NCBI GenBank assembly: GCA_963705165.1
Contig: CAVPJD010000009.1
Location: forward strand, 32,001-96,000
DNA length: 64,000 nucleotides
Direction of reading: 5' to 3'
From: an uncultured delta proteobacterium
GTDB lineage: Bacteria > Desulfobacterota > Syntrophia > Syntrophales > UBA2192
The first letter of the stretch is position 1, and each line of letters opens with the position of its first letter. Shown piece by piece: positions 48,933 through 59,434 of the stretch. The position numbers and the translations under genes are program-made. The notes under the pieces were generated by a model, which saw only the letters and a program-made list of their open reading frames with translations, was not told the DNA's origin and made no database searches.

Positions 48933-50321
48933 ATGATCACAGAAGACATCAAGAAAAAAATCCGCGAAATCGTGGGGGCCGAAAACGCCCTGGATTCCGA
49001 CCTGGACCGTTTCGGATATTCCTACGACGCATCCTTTGTGCCGCTGCTGCCGGCAAAAAAGCCGGAGCTCGTCGTGCGGCCCGCAACCACGGAGGAAGTG
49101 TCGAAGATCATGGCCGTCGCATACGAGCACGCAATTCCTGTTACGGCACGAGGTGCCGCAACAGGCCGCACCGGCGGAAGCATCCCCGTGCAGGGAGGCA
49201 TTTCCATGTCCCTCGAACGCATGATGAAGATCATCGAACTGGACGTGAACAACATGATGGTCTGGGCCGAGGCGGGGGTCCGCACGATCGATCTGTACAA
49301 CCACTGTGCCGCCAAGGGCCTCTTTTACCCGCCCGACCCGGCAAGCTGGAAATTCTCCACGATCGGCGGCAACGTGGCCGAAAATGCCGGCGGCATGCGG
49401 GCCGTCAAGTACGGGGTCACGTCCAACTACGTCATGGGCCTCGAGGTAGTGCTCTCCGACGGCACGGTGCTGCAGACGGGCGGCAAGGCCATCAAGAACG
49501 TCACGGGCTACAACCTGACGAGTCTCTTCACGGGATCCGAGGGGACGCTGGGCATCATCACCAAGGTGCTTTTCCGGGTCATTCCCATGCCGAAGAAGCG
49601 CGGCACGCTGCAGCTCATGTTCCGCACCCTCGACGACGGCTGCACGACAATTCACCAGATGCTGCAGTCGGGCCTTGTGCCGGCGGCCGCCGAGATCATG
49701 GACCGGTTCTGCCTCGAGGCCGTGGCGAAGCACCGCAAGACGGAGCTCGACCCGGCCATCGGCGCCTGCATCATCATCGAAATCGACGGCGACGACGACG
49801 AGGCCCTCGAAACTCAGACCAAGCGGATGGAAGCCGTGGCCCAGAAGTGCGGTGTCTACCAGTTCCGCGTTGCCCAGTCTCAGCAGGAGTCCGACGATCT
49901 GTGGGCCATCCGGCGGGGTCTCAGTTCCGCCATCGCCAGCCTCGTGCCGAACCGGCTAGGTGAGGACATCTCGGTCCCGCGTGATGCTTTCCCCGAGGTG
50001 GTGCGCCGCATCGCGGACATCGCCGAGAAACACAACATCACCATCGCCGTCTACGGCCACGCCGGCGACGGCAACATCCACCCCTCCGTCCTCTGCGATT
50101 TGAGCAAGCCCGGAGAGGAGGAGCGGGTTCATCGGGCCGTCAACGAGATATTCGATGCGACCCTGGCTGTCGGGGGAACCTTGTCCGGGGAGCATGGCAT
50201 CGGGATCACCAAGAAGCCTTACATCACCAAGGCCCTCGGCGAGGCAGGCGTGAAGGCCATGAAGGCCGTCAAGCTGGCCCTCGACCCGAAAGGCATCCTG
50301 AACCCCGGCAAGATCTGGTGA
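48933..50321 (+). CDS. glcD: FAD-linked oxidoreductase, GlcD/D-lactate dehydrogenase-like
   Basis: FYPPDPAS, TIGGNVAENAGG..AVKYGVT, GSEGTLGII, GHAGDGNIH, SGEHGIG, LNPGK. Confidence 0.9.
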   Translation: MITEDIKKKIREIVGAENALDSDLDRFGYSYDASFVPLLPAKKPELVVRPATTEEVSKIMAVAYEHAIPVTARGAATGRTGGSIPVQGGISMSLERMMKIIELDVNNMMVWAEAGVRTIDLYNHCAAKGLFYPPDPASWKFSTIGGNVAENAGGMRAVKYGVTSNYVMGLEVVLSDGTVLQTGGKAIKNVTGYNLTSLFTGSEGTLGIITKVLFRVIPMPKKRGTLQLMFRTLDDGCTTIHQMLQSGLVPAAAEIMDRFCLEAVAKHRKTELDPAIGACIIIEIDGDDDEALETQTKRMEAVAQKCGVYQFRVAQSQQESDDLWAIRRGLSSAIASLVPNRLGEDISVPRDAFPEVVRRIADIAEKHNITIAVYGHAGDGNIHPSVLCDLSKPGEEERVHRAVNEIFDATLAVGGTLSGEHGIGITKKPYITKALGEAGVKAMKAVKLALDPKGILNPGKIW

Positions 50322-50346
50322 GCATTGAAGAGGAAACGAGAACGAA

Positions 50347-51573
50347 ATGCCTAAAAATACAAACGAATCATTGCTTCAGGAAGCCAAAAAGATCGTCAGC
50401 CAGTGTGACCGCTGCGGCACCTGCCTTCCGGCCTGCCCCCTTTTCGAGGCGAAAAATGTTGAAGCCTCCAGCGCGCGGGGCAAGAACGTCCTCGCACGGG
50501 CCCTGACCGAGGGGGGTCTCGAGCCCACACCGGAGATGCTGGCCAAGGTCAACTTCTGCCTGCTTTGCCGGGCCTGCGTCGATATCTGCCCGAGCAAGAT
50601 CGCAACCGACGAGGCGATGATCAACATCCGCCAGTACCTCGTGAACGAGACGGGGGCTGCGAATACCCAGTACAAGGCCATGGGCGGCATCCTGAAGAGC
50701 CGCGCCATGGTGAAGCTCACGGCGAAAAGCCTGGCGCTTCTTCGCAAACTCGGCCTCAACAGCGTCTTCCCTCACGGAATGGTGCCGGAAGAGTATACGC
50801 GGGCACATTTCCTCGCTGCCTTTTCGGGGCCGGCCGCCCTGGGGCAAAAGGCGGCCCCTTCGGATGTGGCCGTCACGTCGGCAACGAAAGTGGCTTATTT
50901 CGAAGGATGCGGCATGAGGATGATGTTTCCCGAGGCCGCGGCGGAGACGCTCGAGATCTTGAAGACCTCCACGAAACCCCTGGTGAAGGACAACGTCTGC
51001 TGCGGACTGCCGCACCTGGCCCATGGGCTTCGCGACGAGTTTCTGGAACTCGCCAAAAAGAATATCCGGATCTACGAGGACGCCGATGCCGTCGTGTGCG
51101 ACTGTGCAAGCTGCGGCGGCACCCTCAAGCACCTCGCATCCTACTTCGCCGACGATCCGCAGTGGAAGGACCGGGCGGCCGCCTTCAGCCGCAAGGTGAT
51201 GGACCTGACGGAATACCTGGCCAAGGTCGGCTACACACCGCGGCAGAAGGTAGAGACGACCTTCACCTATCACGACCCCTGCCATCTCGGTCGAGGCCAG
51301 GGAATCAAGAAACAGCCTCGCGATCTTCTCCGGGCGGCAGGCAAGTTCGTCGAGATGAAAGAAGCCGACGTGTGCTGCGGCGGGGCAGGTTCCTTTCACA
51401 TGGACTTCCCCGACATCGCATCGACGATCCTCGACAAGAAGCGGGCAAACATCGAGAAGACCGGCGCGGCCATCGTGGTGACGGGCTGCCCCGGGTGCCT
51501 GATCCAGCTCGCCAAGGCGGCGAAGGCCAGCGGCGGCAAGTTCAAGGCCATGCACATCAGCCAGGTAATCTGA
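50347..51573 (+). CDS. glcF: Fe-S subunit with CCG domains, GlcF-like
   Basis: CDRCGTCLPACP, CLLCRACVDICP, CCG twice, YHDPCHL. Confidence 0.88.
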   Translation: MPKNTNESLLQEAKKIVSQCDRCGTCLPACPLFEAKNVEASSARGKNVLARALTEGGLEPTPEMLAKVNFCLLCRACVDICPSKIATDEAMINIRQYLVNETGAANTQYKAMGGILKSRAMVKLTAKSLALLRKLGLNSVFPHGMVPEEYTRAHFLAAFSGPAALGQKAAPSDVAVTSATKVAYFEGCGMRMMFPEAAAETLEILKTSTKPLVKDNVCCGLPHLAHGLRDEFLELAKKNIRIYEDADAVVCDCASCGGTLKHLASYFADDPQWKDRAAAFSRKVMDLTEYLAKVGYTPRQKVETTFTYHDPCHLGRGQGIKKQPRDLLRAAGKFVEMKEADVCCGGAGSFHMDFPDIASTILDKKRANIEKTGAAIVVTGCPGCLIQLAKAAKASGGKFKAMHISQVI

Positions 51574-51835
51574 GGCCGGGAGCCGGGACCAGTCCCGTTT
51601 CCGCATCTCCTGCGCGATTGCCTGTGAATCCTTAAAAAGGGGTGCGAGTCTTTTCGCAGCCCCTTTCTTTTTTCCGTATTCACGGGGCAGATTCCCGGCA
51701 GAACTTATTCGTCACACCTTTTCTTCTGCGCCCAGTCCACGCCATAAAAAGATTTCAGCACCATTTACCGATCAATATTGATATACTGAAGGGAGGAAGA
51801 GGTAGCATCATCGGACGAATGCAGGACAAGCACCC

Positions 51836-53239
51836 ATGAATCCTCTCAAGATCCAGGACAACACCTTTCGGGATGGCCACCAGTCCATCTATGCAACCCG
51901 GATGACGACGGAGGACATGATCCCCATCGCCGAGGCAATGGACGAGATCGGATTCTGGGCCATGGAGGTGTGGGGCGGGGCGACCTTTGACACGATGCAT
52001 CGATTCCTGGGCGAGGACCCCTGGGAAAGGCCCCGCATCCTGAAGCGCTACATCAAAAAGACCCCTTTTTCGATGCTTTTGCGCGGTCAGAACCTCGTGG
52101 GGTATCGCCACTACGCCGACGACGTTGTCCGGGCCTTCGTGGACAAGGCCTGCAAGGTCGGAATCGACATCTTCCGCGTTTTCGACGCACTGAACGACCT
52201 TCGGAACATTGAGACCTGCGCCGCTTGCATAAAGGCAAACGGGAAGCATTTCGAAGGGGCCGTCGTGTACTCTCTGACGGAGAGGCATCTCGGCGGCGAA
52301 GTATTCAACCTGTCGTATTACGTCTCGAAAGCCAAGGGCCTTGAGGAGATGGGGGCCGACTCGATCTGCATCAAGGACATGGCCGGCATCATGGCCCCCT
52401 ATGATGCCTACGATCTCTTCACCGAGTTGAAGAAGGCCGTCAAGGTCCCCCTTCATCTCCACACCCATTACACAAGCGGCATGGGATCGATGACTTGCCT
52501 GAAGGCCGTCGAGGCGGGGGTGGACATCGTGGACACCTGTGTCGCCCCTTACGCCATGCGGACATCGATGCCGCCGGTAGAGCCTCTCCTGCTTGCCCTG
52601 GAAGGAACCGGGCGCGACCCGGGGTTGCAGATGAGCCGCCTGCTGGAGATCGGAAAATACCTGGAATCCATCGCCCCCCGGTATCAAAAGCACCTGGCCG
52701 CAAACACCCTGTCGCTCATCGATGATAACGTGATCGCACACCAGATCCCCGGCGGGATGATCTCCAACCTCGTCAGCCAGCTCAAGGAGATGAATGCACT
52801 CGATCGTCTTCCCGAGGTCCAGCAGGAAATCCAGGTGGTTCGAAAAGAAGCGGGGACGCCGCCGCTTGTCACCCCGACTTCACAGATCATCGGCTCACAG
52901 GCCGTCATGAATGTGCTTGCGGGGAGATACCGGACCGTCAGCAACCAGTTTCGCGACCTGTTGTTCGGGCTCTACGGGAAAACGCCCGCAAGCATCGATC
53001 CGAAGGTCCGCGAAATGGCGTTGCGCGGCTCCGGGCAGGGAATCTGGATCACGGACCGGCCCGCGAACCATCTCAAACCGGAGATGGAAGCTGCCCGGCG
53101 CAAGCTCGGCGATCTGGCAAAAACGGAGGAGGACGTGTTGACGTACGTGCTCTATCAAACGTCAGGCGAGCAGTTCCTGAAGTGGAAGTACGGTGTGGAA
53201 CCGATGCCAGAGGGCGTCGGGCCGGGGAATTCTCGATAG
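51836..53239 (+). CDS. Pyruvate/oxaloacetate carboxyltransferase (PycB/OadA/transcarboxylase 5S-like) without biotin-carrier domain
   Basis: RDGHQS..ATRM, EVWGGATFD, MLLRGQN, IKDMAG, HTH, PGGMISN, PLVTPTSQI; no AMKM. Confidence 0.9.
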   Translation: MNPLKIQDNTFRDGHQSIYATRMTTEDMIPIAEAMDEIGFWAMEVWGGATFDTMHRFLGEDPWERPRILKRYIKKTPFSMLLRGQNLVGYRHYADDVVRAFVDKACKVGIDIFRVFDALNDLRNIETCAACIKANGKHFEGAVVYSLTERHLGGEVFNLSYYVSKAKGLEEMGADSICIKDMAGIMAPYDAYDLFTELKKAVKVPLHLHTHYTSGMGSMTCLKAVEAGVDIVDTCVAPYAMRTSMPPVEPLLLALEGTGRDPGLQMSRLLEIGKYLESIAPRYQKHLAANTLSLIDDNVIAHQIPGGMISNLVSQLKEMNALDRLPEVQQEIQVVRKEAGTPPLVTPTSQIIGSQAVMNVLAGRYRTVSNQFRDLLFGLYGKTPASIDPKVREMALRGSGQGIWITDRPANHLKPEMEAARRKLGDLAKTEEDVLTYVLYQTSGEQFLKWKYGVEPMPEGVGPGNSR

Positions 53240-53255
53240 TAGCTCGGGGGAGCGC

Positions 53256-53963
53256 CTACTCCGGCCGCTTCGGCTCGAACCGAAAGCGGTAACCGATGCC
53301 CGGCTCGTTGATCAGGAATCGAGGTCGGGCCGGATCCTTCTCCAGCTTGTGCCTCAGCTGGGTCATATAAACCCGCAGATACTGGGTGTGCTCGACATAA
53401 GACGGCCCCCAGACTTCCTTGAGCAGCTGGCGATGGGTGACCACCTTTCCCGCATTCCGCACGAGGACGAGCAGCAGCTTGTATTCCAGGGGGGTCAGGT
53501 GGACCTCTGCGACCCCGAGGAAAACCTGCCTTTTCGCAAAATCGATTCGAAGCTCATCGGCTGAAAATACGGATACCTGCTGCCCGCTTTTCTGCATCTC
53601 TGCGTGTCGGACGGCCACACGGATCCTGGCCAGAAGCTCGCCGACACCAAAGGGTTTCGTGAGGTAGTCGTCGGCGCCCGCATCGAGAGCGCGGACCTTA
53701 TCGTTCTCCTGCTCCCGGGCGGAAAGGATGATGATGGGCACCTTGGACCATTCCCGGAGCCTGCCGATGACCTCGAGGCCGTCCATGTCGGGAAGGCCGA
53801 GATCGAGAAGCACAGCATCGGGATTCCGTGTAGCCGCCTGCGAGAGACCATCTTTGGCCGTTTCCGCTTCAACCAGGCGATAGCCTTCGCTCTCCAGGGC
53901 AACCCGGAGGAAGCGCCTCATTTGAATATCATCTTCAACCAGCAGGACGAGTCCCTTCTCCAC
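53256..53963 (-). CDS. kdpE: Response regulator KdpE
   Basis: OmpR-type; LDLGLPD, QLL.EVWG, YLRVYM.QLR.KLE.DP..P; downstream of kdpD. Confidence 0.93.
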   Translation of the reverse strand: MEKGLVLLVEDDIQMRRFLRVALESEGYRLVEAETAKDGLSQAATRNPDAVLLDLGLPDMDGLEVIGRLREWSKVPIIILSAREQENDKVRALDAGADDYLTKPFGVGELLARIRVAVRHAEMQKSGQQVSVFSADELRIDFAKRQVFLGVAEVHLTPLEYKLLLVLVRNAGKVVTHRQLLKEVWGPSYVEHTQYLRVYMTQLRHKLEKDPARPRFLINEPGIGYRFRFEPKRPE

Positions 53964-54003
53964 AGACCTGAACCTTTCCGCTCTTTATATAATCATCCAA
54001 ACC

Positions 54004-56693
54004 TCAGGATTCCTTCTCCACCAAAGGCAACGCGGCCTCCCCCTCTATCGGCAGCGTGAATCGGAACACCGCGCCGCCCCCGGGCCGGTTTTCAGCCCAT
54101 ATGCGGCCGCCGTGCGCTTCCACGATGACCCGGCAGATGGACAGGCCGAGACCGACCCCGCCACCCGGTGATTTACCGCGGGTAAATTTTTCAAAGATCC
54201 GCTCCTCAAGGCCCGCCGGGATGCCTGGCCCCCCGTCTGCGATTTCAATGAGGACGCCTGCCTTCTGCATCCGGGCGACAAGCTCAACGGGGGTCCCCGC
54301 AGGGGTGTGCTGGAGGGCATTTTCCAGGAGATTCGTGAGGACCTGCTCCATCAGGAGCGGATCGAAGGGAATCAAAGGCAGATGATCCGGTATCGTGAGG
54401 CTGAGCGGGTGATCCTTCAACCGCTCGGAGAGCCGTTCGATGGCGACACCCGTAATCTCCTCCAGGGATTGCCAGTCCTTATTGACCTGGATCGCACCCG
54501 ATTCGAGTCGCGTCATGTTGAGCACATTGCGTACGATGTGGTTGAGGCGCTCCGCCTCCCCGTGAATGGTCCTGACCAGTTCCTCCCTTTTTCCCTCAGC
54601 CAGGTGTTCGCCCTTCCGGAGCAGGGTATCGGCCGCGCCGCTGATGGTCGCAAGCGGCGTCCTCAGGTCATGGGATACCGAGCTCAGAAAGACGTTTCGC
54701 AGGCTCTGCTTCTCGGCACTGAGGCGCTCCCTTTGGGCCTCCTGGGCCAGAATGACCCGCTCCAAGGCCATGGCTGTCTGGTTCGCAAAGGTTTCGAGAA
54801 GATGAATCTGCTCGGTTTCGAAGGGTTCGTTCGGATTCTCCGGGAGGATGCCTACAACGCCGACTGGACCGGACGAGGCGATCATGGGCAGGTAGAGGGC
54901 CTTGGCCCCCGGGAGGGTATCGGTGCCGACACCCGCCGCCTGCCTGTTCTCCAGGACCCATTGCGCCACACCCATCTCTTTTTCATCCAGAGCGAAGGTG
55001 CCCGCCCCCGTCGAGGGGACAACAAGGTGGCCCCGTTCATCGGAGACAAGAATGACAACCTGGCTTCGGAAGACCTCGCCGATGTGTCTCACGGCTATAT
55101 CGCTGAGCTTCTCTTTTTTCGCTCCCGGGCCAGATCCCGGCTCAGGCCATAAAGCGCTGCGGTTTTTCTCTCCCGCAGCCGCGCCGCTTCAGCCTGCTCA
55201 CGAACCCGCAAGGTGAGCCCGCTGATGACCAGGGCCACGGCGAACATGACCCCGAAGGTCACGAAGTACCGGACATCGGATACTGCGAAAGTGAAGTAGG
55301 GGGGGACAAAGAAAAAGTCGAAGGCAGCAATGCTCAGGAGGGTGGCCAGCAGCGCCGGCCAGCGCCTGGTGCGGATTGCCGTCACCACAACGCCAAGCAG
55401 ATACACCATGACAAGATCAAGGAGCTCGAAATAGGGGAACATGATGGCTGAGATGCCCGTGGCTGCAGCCACCGTCGAAACGGACCAGACCCACTCGGAG
55501 GGCTTCCAGGACAAACGGGGGTTTTTTTCAATGCGCCGCGGCACACTCTCGGGGGCATCGCCTGTGATGACATAGACATCGATATCGCCGCTTCCGCGGA
55601 CGATTTCATCCAATGGCGAGCCCAAGAGCTTGTCCTTCCAGCGTGGATGGGTCGGCTTGCCGACGATGATCTTGCCAACGTTGCGCAGCCTGGCGTAGCT
55701 GAGAATCTCCTCGCTCACACGGTGCCCCGTCAGCGTCACCGTCTCGGCGCCCAGGCCTTCGGCCAGGCGCATGTGCTCTGCCAGTAGCCGATTGTCCTCC
55801 TCGGAGGCGCGAACATGGGAGGGCGCCTCGATGTTGACGGCGATCCACTCGGCGCGCAGTCCCGCGGCCATTCGACGGGCCGCCCGGATCAGGCGGACCG
55901 AGCGCGGATTGGGCCCCACGCAGACGAGAATCCTCTCCGTGGCGGGCCAGATCGCCCGCACCCCCTGATCCCGTCGATAGCTCTCCATCTGCTCATCGAC
56001 ACGCTCGGCCGTGCGTCGAAGTGCCAGTTCACGCAGAGCGATGAGGTTTCCCTTCCGGAAGAAATTCCCCATCGCCTTTTTCGCCTGATCGGGGATGTAT
56101 ACTTTCCCCTCCTTCAGGCGCTGCAGAAGGTCATCGGGCGGCAGATCGACAAGCTCGATCTCATCGGCTCGCTCCAGAAACGAATCCGGCAGGGTTTCCC
56201 TTACGCGGACACCTGTGATCTGATAAACCACGTCATTGAGGCTCTCCAGATGCTGGACATTGACAGTGGTGTAGACGGAGATTCCTGCACAGAGAAGCTC
56301 CCTCACGTCCTGCCAGCGTTTTTTGTGGCGGGCGCCGGGGACATTGGTGTGAGCCAGTTCGTCCACGAGGACAATGGAAGGATTGCGTGCCAGGGCGCCG
56401 TCCAGGTCGAATTCCTGGAGGGTTTTCCCTTTGTAGTAAATGGAGCGACGGGGCAGGGTCTCCTGCCCCTCCAGGAGCACTTCCGTCTCCCTGCGGCCGT
56501 GGGTTTCGACGAGGCCGGCGACGATATCGATGCCCTCCCGCCGTCTCGCCTGCGCTGCTTCCAGCATGGCATAGGTTTTCCCCACACCGGGGGCGGCGCC
56601 GAAGAATACCTTCAACTTCCCCTGCCGTTGCCGCTCCTCTTTCTGTTTGACCAGCTCGAGAAGGGCTTCTGGGTCGGGTCTTTTTTCATCCAT
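54004..56693 (-). CDS. kdpD: Sensor kinase KdpD split by a -1 frameshift near 55113-55119 (55095-56693: KdpD/Usp/TM; 54004-55092: GAF/HisKA/HATPase)
   Basis: GAAPGVGKT, LVDELAH, FDFFF; SHDLRTPL, NLLENA, GLGL; frames join at CGA AAA AAG. Confidence 0.9.
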
Positions 56694-56753
56694 ACCGGAA
56701 CAACCTGTGGAGGATTGCCGAGGATCGCAACCGCTTTTTGAAGTCTAACAGAA

Positions 56754-57326
56754 TCACCGCAGCGTCTCCAGCGCCATGTTCAACTCGAGGACCGGGACGA
56801 CGGTCTCCCCGAAGATGCCGAAATCCCGATCCCGCAAATGGGCCATGACATGACCCTGCACAACCTCCTCCTCGAGCCCCCGGGCCTTCGCAACACGCCG
56901 GACCTGGTAGAGGGCGGCAGCCGGGCTGATGTGGGGATCGAGGCCGCTGCCGGAAGCCGTGACCAGATCCACGGGGATCGGCCGGGGATTGTCCGGGTCG
57001 GCTGCGTGCAGTGCGGCGATCCGCGACCGGACTGCCTTTGTCAGTTCCGGGTTCGCCGGTCCCAGGTTGGAACCCGCTGAGGCGGCGCTGTTGTACGGAA
57101 AGGGTTTTGTCGCCGAAGGCCGCCCCCAGAAAAAGCGGGTATCCTCGAAGGGTTGCCCGATGAGAGCCGACCTCGCAGGATGGCCTTCCATGACGATCAG
57201 GCTTCCATTGGCCTCGTGGGGAAAAAAGATCTGGGCAAGCCCCGTGATGCACAGCGGGTAGATGATGCCGGTCAGCACCGTCAGCAGCAACAGCGAAAAG
57301 ACAGCGGGACGGATAAAGTGTTTCAT
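56754..57326 (-). CDS. kdpC: K+-transporting ATPase subunit C
   Basis: ANGSLI, LIGQ.F, FWGRPSA, VTASGSGLDPHIS. Confidence 0.95.
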   Translation of the reverse strand: MKHFIRPAVFSLLLLTVLTGIIYPLCITGLAQIFFPHEANGSLIVMEGHPARSALIGQPFEDTRFFWGRPSATKPFPYNSAASAGSNLGPANPELTKAVRSRIAALHAADPDNPRPIPVDLVTASGSGLDPHISPAAALYQVRRVAKARGLEEEVVQGHVMAHLRDRDFGIFGETVVPVLELNMALETLR

Positions 57327-57337
57327 GGATCATCTCC

Positions 57338-59410
57338 TTAAACCAGGTGCAGGGCCGCAAGGATCAGGTCGATCAGCTTGATGCCGATGAAGGGGACCAC
57401 CAGGCCGCCGGCACCGTAGACGAGCAGGTTGCGGCGGAGAACGATTGCGGCACCCATCGGGCGATACCGGACCCCTTTCAAGGCAAGGGGGATCAGGGCT
57501 ACGATGATCAGGGCATTGAAGATGACCGCCGAGAGAACCGCACTTTGCGGGGTTGCAAGCCCCATGATGTTGAGCGCGGACAGGGAGGGGTAAATGCCTG
57601 CAAACGCCGCCGGGAGGATGGCAAAGTACTTGGCCACATCGTTGGCAATGCTGAAAGTGGTGAGCGTCCCCCGGGTCATCAGGAGCTGCTTGCCGATCCC
57701 GACGATCTCGATGAGCTTCGTGGGATTCGAGTCGAGATCCACCAGGTTGCCCGCCTCCTTGGCGGCCTGGGTGCCCGTGTTCATCGCCACGGCCACATCG
57801 GCCTGGGCCAGGGCCGGTGCATCGTTGGTCCCGTCACCGGTCATGGCAACCAGGTGTCCCCCGGCCTGATAATCGCGGATCAATTTCAGCTTCGTCTCCG
57901 GCGTTGCCTGGGCGAGAAAATCATCCACGCCGGCCTCGGCGGCGACGGCGGCGGCCGTCAGAGGATTATCGCCCGTGATCATCACTGTTCGAATCCCCAT
58001 CCGCCTGAGTTCCGCGAACCGCTCCCGGATGCCGCCCTTCACGACGTCCGCCAGCTGAATGACCCCGAGTGCGCGTGCCCCGTCGGCCACGACCAGCGGT
58101 GTGCCGCCCCGGCGGGAGATGTCATCGACGATCGATCGGAGCTCGGAGGGAAAGGAACCGCCCAGATCTGTCACATAGGCTTCCATGGCGTCGGCGGCCC
58201 CTTTGCGGATCTGGCGCCCGTCGAGATCGACGCCGCTCATGCGTGTCTTTGCCGTGAAGGGGATGAATCGGGCACCGAGTGCTTTGATATCCCGCTCCCT
58301 CAGACTATAATTCTTCTTGGCCAGCACGACGATGCTGCGGCCTTCGGGAGTCTCATCGGCAAGCGAGGCAAGCTGGGCTGCGTCGGCAAGAATCTGCACA
58401 TCCACGCCGGCGGCGGGAAGGAACGACGTCGCCTCCCGGTTGCCGAGGGTGATGGTCCCCGTCTTGTCCAGCAGGAGGACATCCACGTCGCCTGCCGCCT
58501 CGACGGCACGACCGCTCATGGCGATGACGTTGGCCTGGATCATCCGGTCCATGCCGGCAATGCCGATGGCCGAAAGAAGTCCCCCGATAGTCGTCGGGAT
58601 CAGGCAGACGAGCAGGGCAACGAGCACTGTGATGGTGACGGGCGAGCCCTGGCCGGCGGCCCGGGCGCTGAAGATCGAGAACGGAAGCAGCGTGACCGTG
58701 GCCAGGAGGAAGATGAGGGTCAGGCCGGCCAGGAAAATGTCGAGGGCGACTTCATTGGGAGTCTTCTGCCTCCTCGCACCCTCCACCATGGCGATCATCC
58801 GGTCCAGGAAAGTCTCGCCGGGACTCGACGTAACGCGGATAACGAGCCAATCCGAAAGGACTCGTGTCCCCCCGGTCACGGCGCTGCGGTCCCCGCCGGA
58901 CTCCCGGATTACGGGCGCGCTCTCTCCCGTAATCGCACTCTCGTCGACAGAGGCAACCCCGACAACCACCTCGCCATCTCCGGGGATGAAATCGCCTGCT
59001 TCCACCAGTACGTAATCGCCTTTACCGAGTTGCGAGCCCGGGATGAGGACTCGATTCGCCCCGGCATCGGGGCCGGAGAGGCGTTTGGCCAGCACATCCT
59101 TCCGGGTGCTGCGCAGTGCTTTCGCCTGGGCCTTTCCCCGCCCTTCCGCCATGGCTTCGGCGAAATTGCCGAACAGTACAGTAACCCAGAGCCAGATCGA
59201 CACGGTCAGGATGAATCCGGGGCTTTCCTCCCCTCGTCCGGACAGGGCAAGGAAAAAAAGCACCGAGGTCAACACGCTGCCCACCTCGACGACAAACATT
59301 ACCGGCCGCCTCATCATCTGCAGGGGATTCAACTTCAGGAACGCGTCGACGACGGCCTGCCGGAGAAGAGCGCCTTCAAAAAGGCTGAGGGTTTTGGTCT
59401 TTCGATTCAT
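57338..59410 (-). CDS. kdpB: K+-transporting ATPase subunit B
   Basis: [26 protein letters not shown]. Confidence 0.97.
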   Translation of the reverse strand: MNRKTKTLSLFEGALLRQAVVDAFLKLNPLQMMRRPVMFVVEVGSVLTSVLFFLALSGRGEESPGFILTVSIWLWVTVLFGNFAEAMAEGRGKAQAKALRSTRKDVLAKRLSGPDAGANRVLIPGSQLGKGDYVLVEAGDFIPGDGEVVVGVASVDESAITGESAPVIRESGGDRSAVTGGTRVLSDWLVIRVTSSPGETFLDRMIAMVEGARRQKTPNEVALDIFLAGLTLIFLLATVTLLPFSIFSARAAGQGSPVTITVLVALLVCLIPTTIGGLLSAIGIAGMDRMIQANVIAMSGRAVEAAGDVDVLLLDKTGTITLGNREATSFLPAAGVDVQILADAAQLASLADETPEGRSIVVLAKKNYSLRERDIKALGARFIPFTAKTRMSGVDLDGRQIRKGAADAMEAYVTDLGGSFPSELRSIVDDISRRGGTPLVVADGARALGVIQLADVVKGGIRERFAELRRMGIRTVMITGDNPLTAAAVAAEAGVDDFLAQATPETKLKLIRDYQAGGHLVAMTGDGTNDAPALAQADVAVAMNTGTQAAKEAGNLVDLDSNPTKLIEIVGIGKQLLMTRGTLTTFSIANDVAKYFAILPAAFAGIYPSLSALNIMGLATPQSAVLSAVIFNALIIVALIPLALKGVRYRPMGAAIVLRRNLLVYGAGGLVVPFIGIKLIDLILAALHLV

Positions 59411-59434
59411 CGTCTTGATCTCCCGTGACCGGCC

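Noticed and set aside
57347..59428. 693-aa plus-strand ORF
   Set aside because: Antisense shadow of kdpB.
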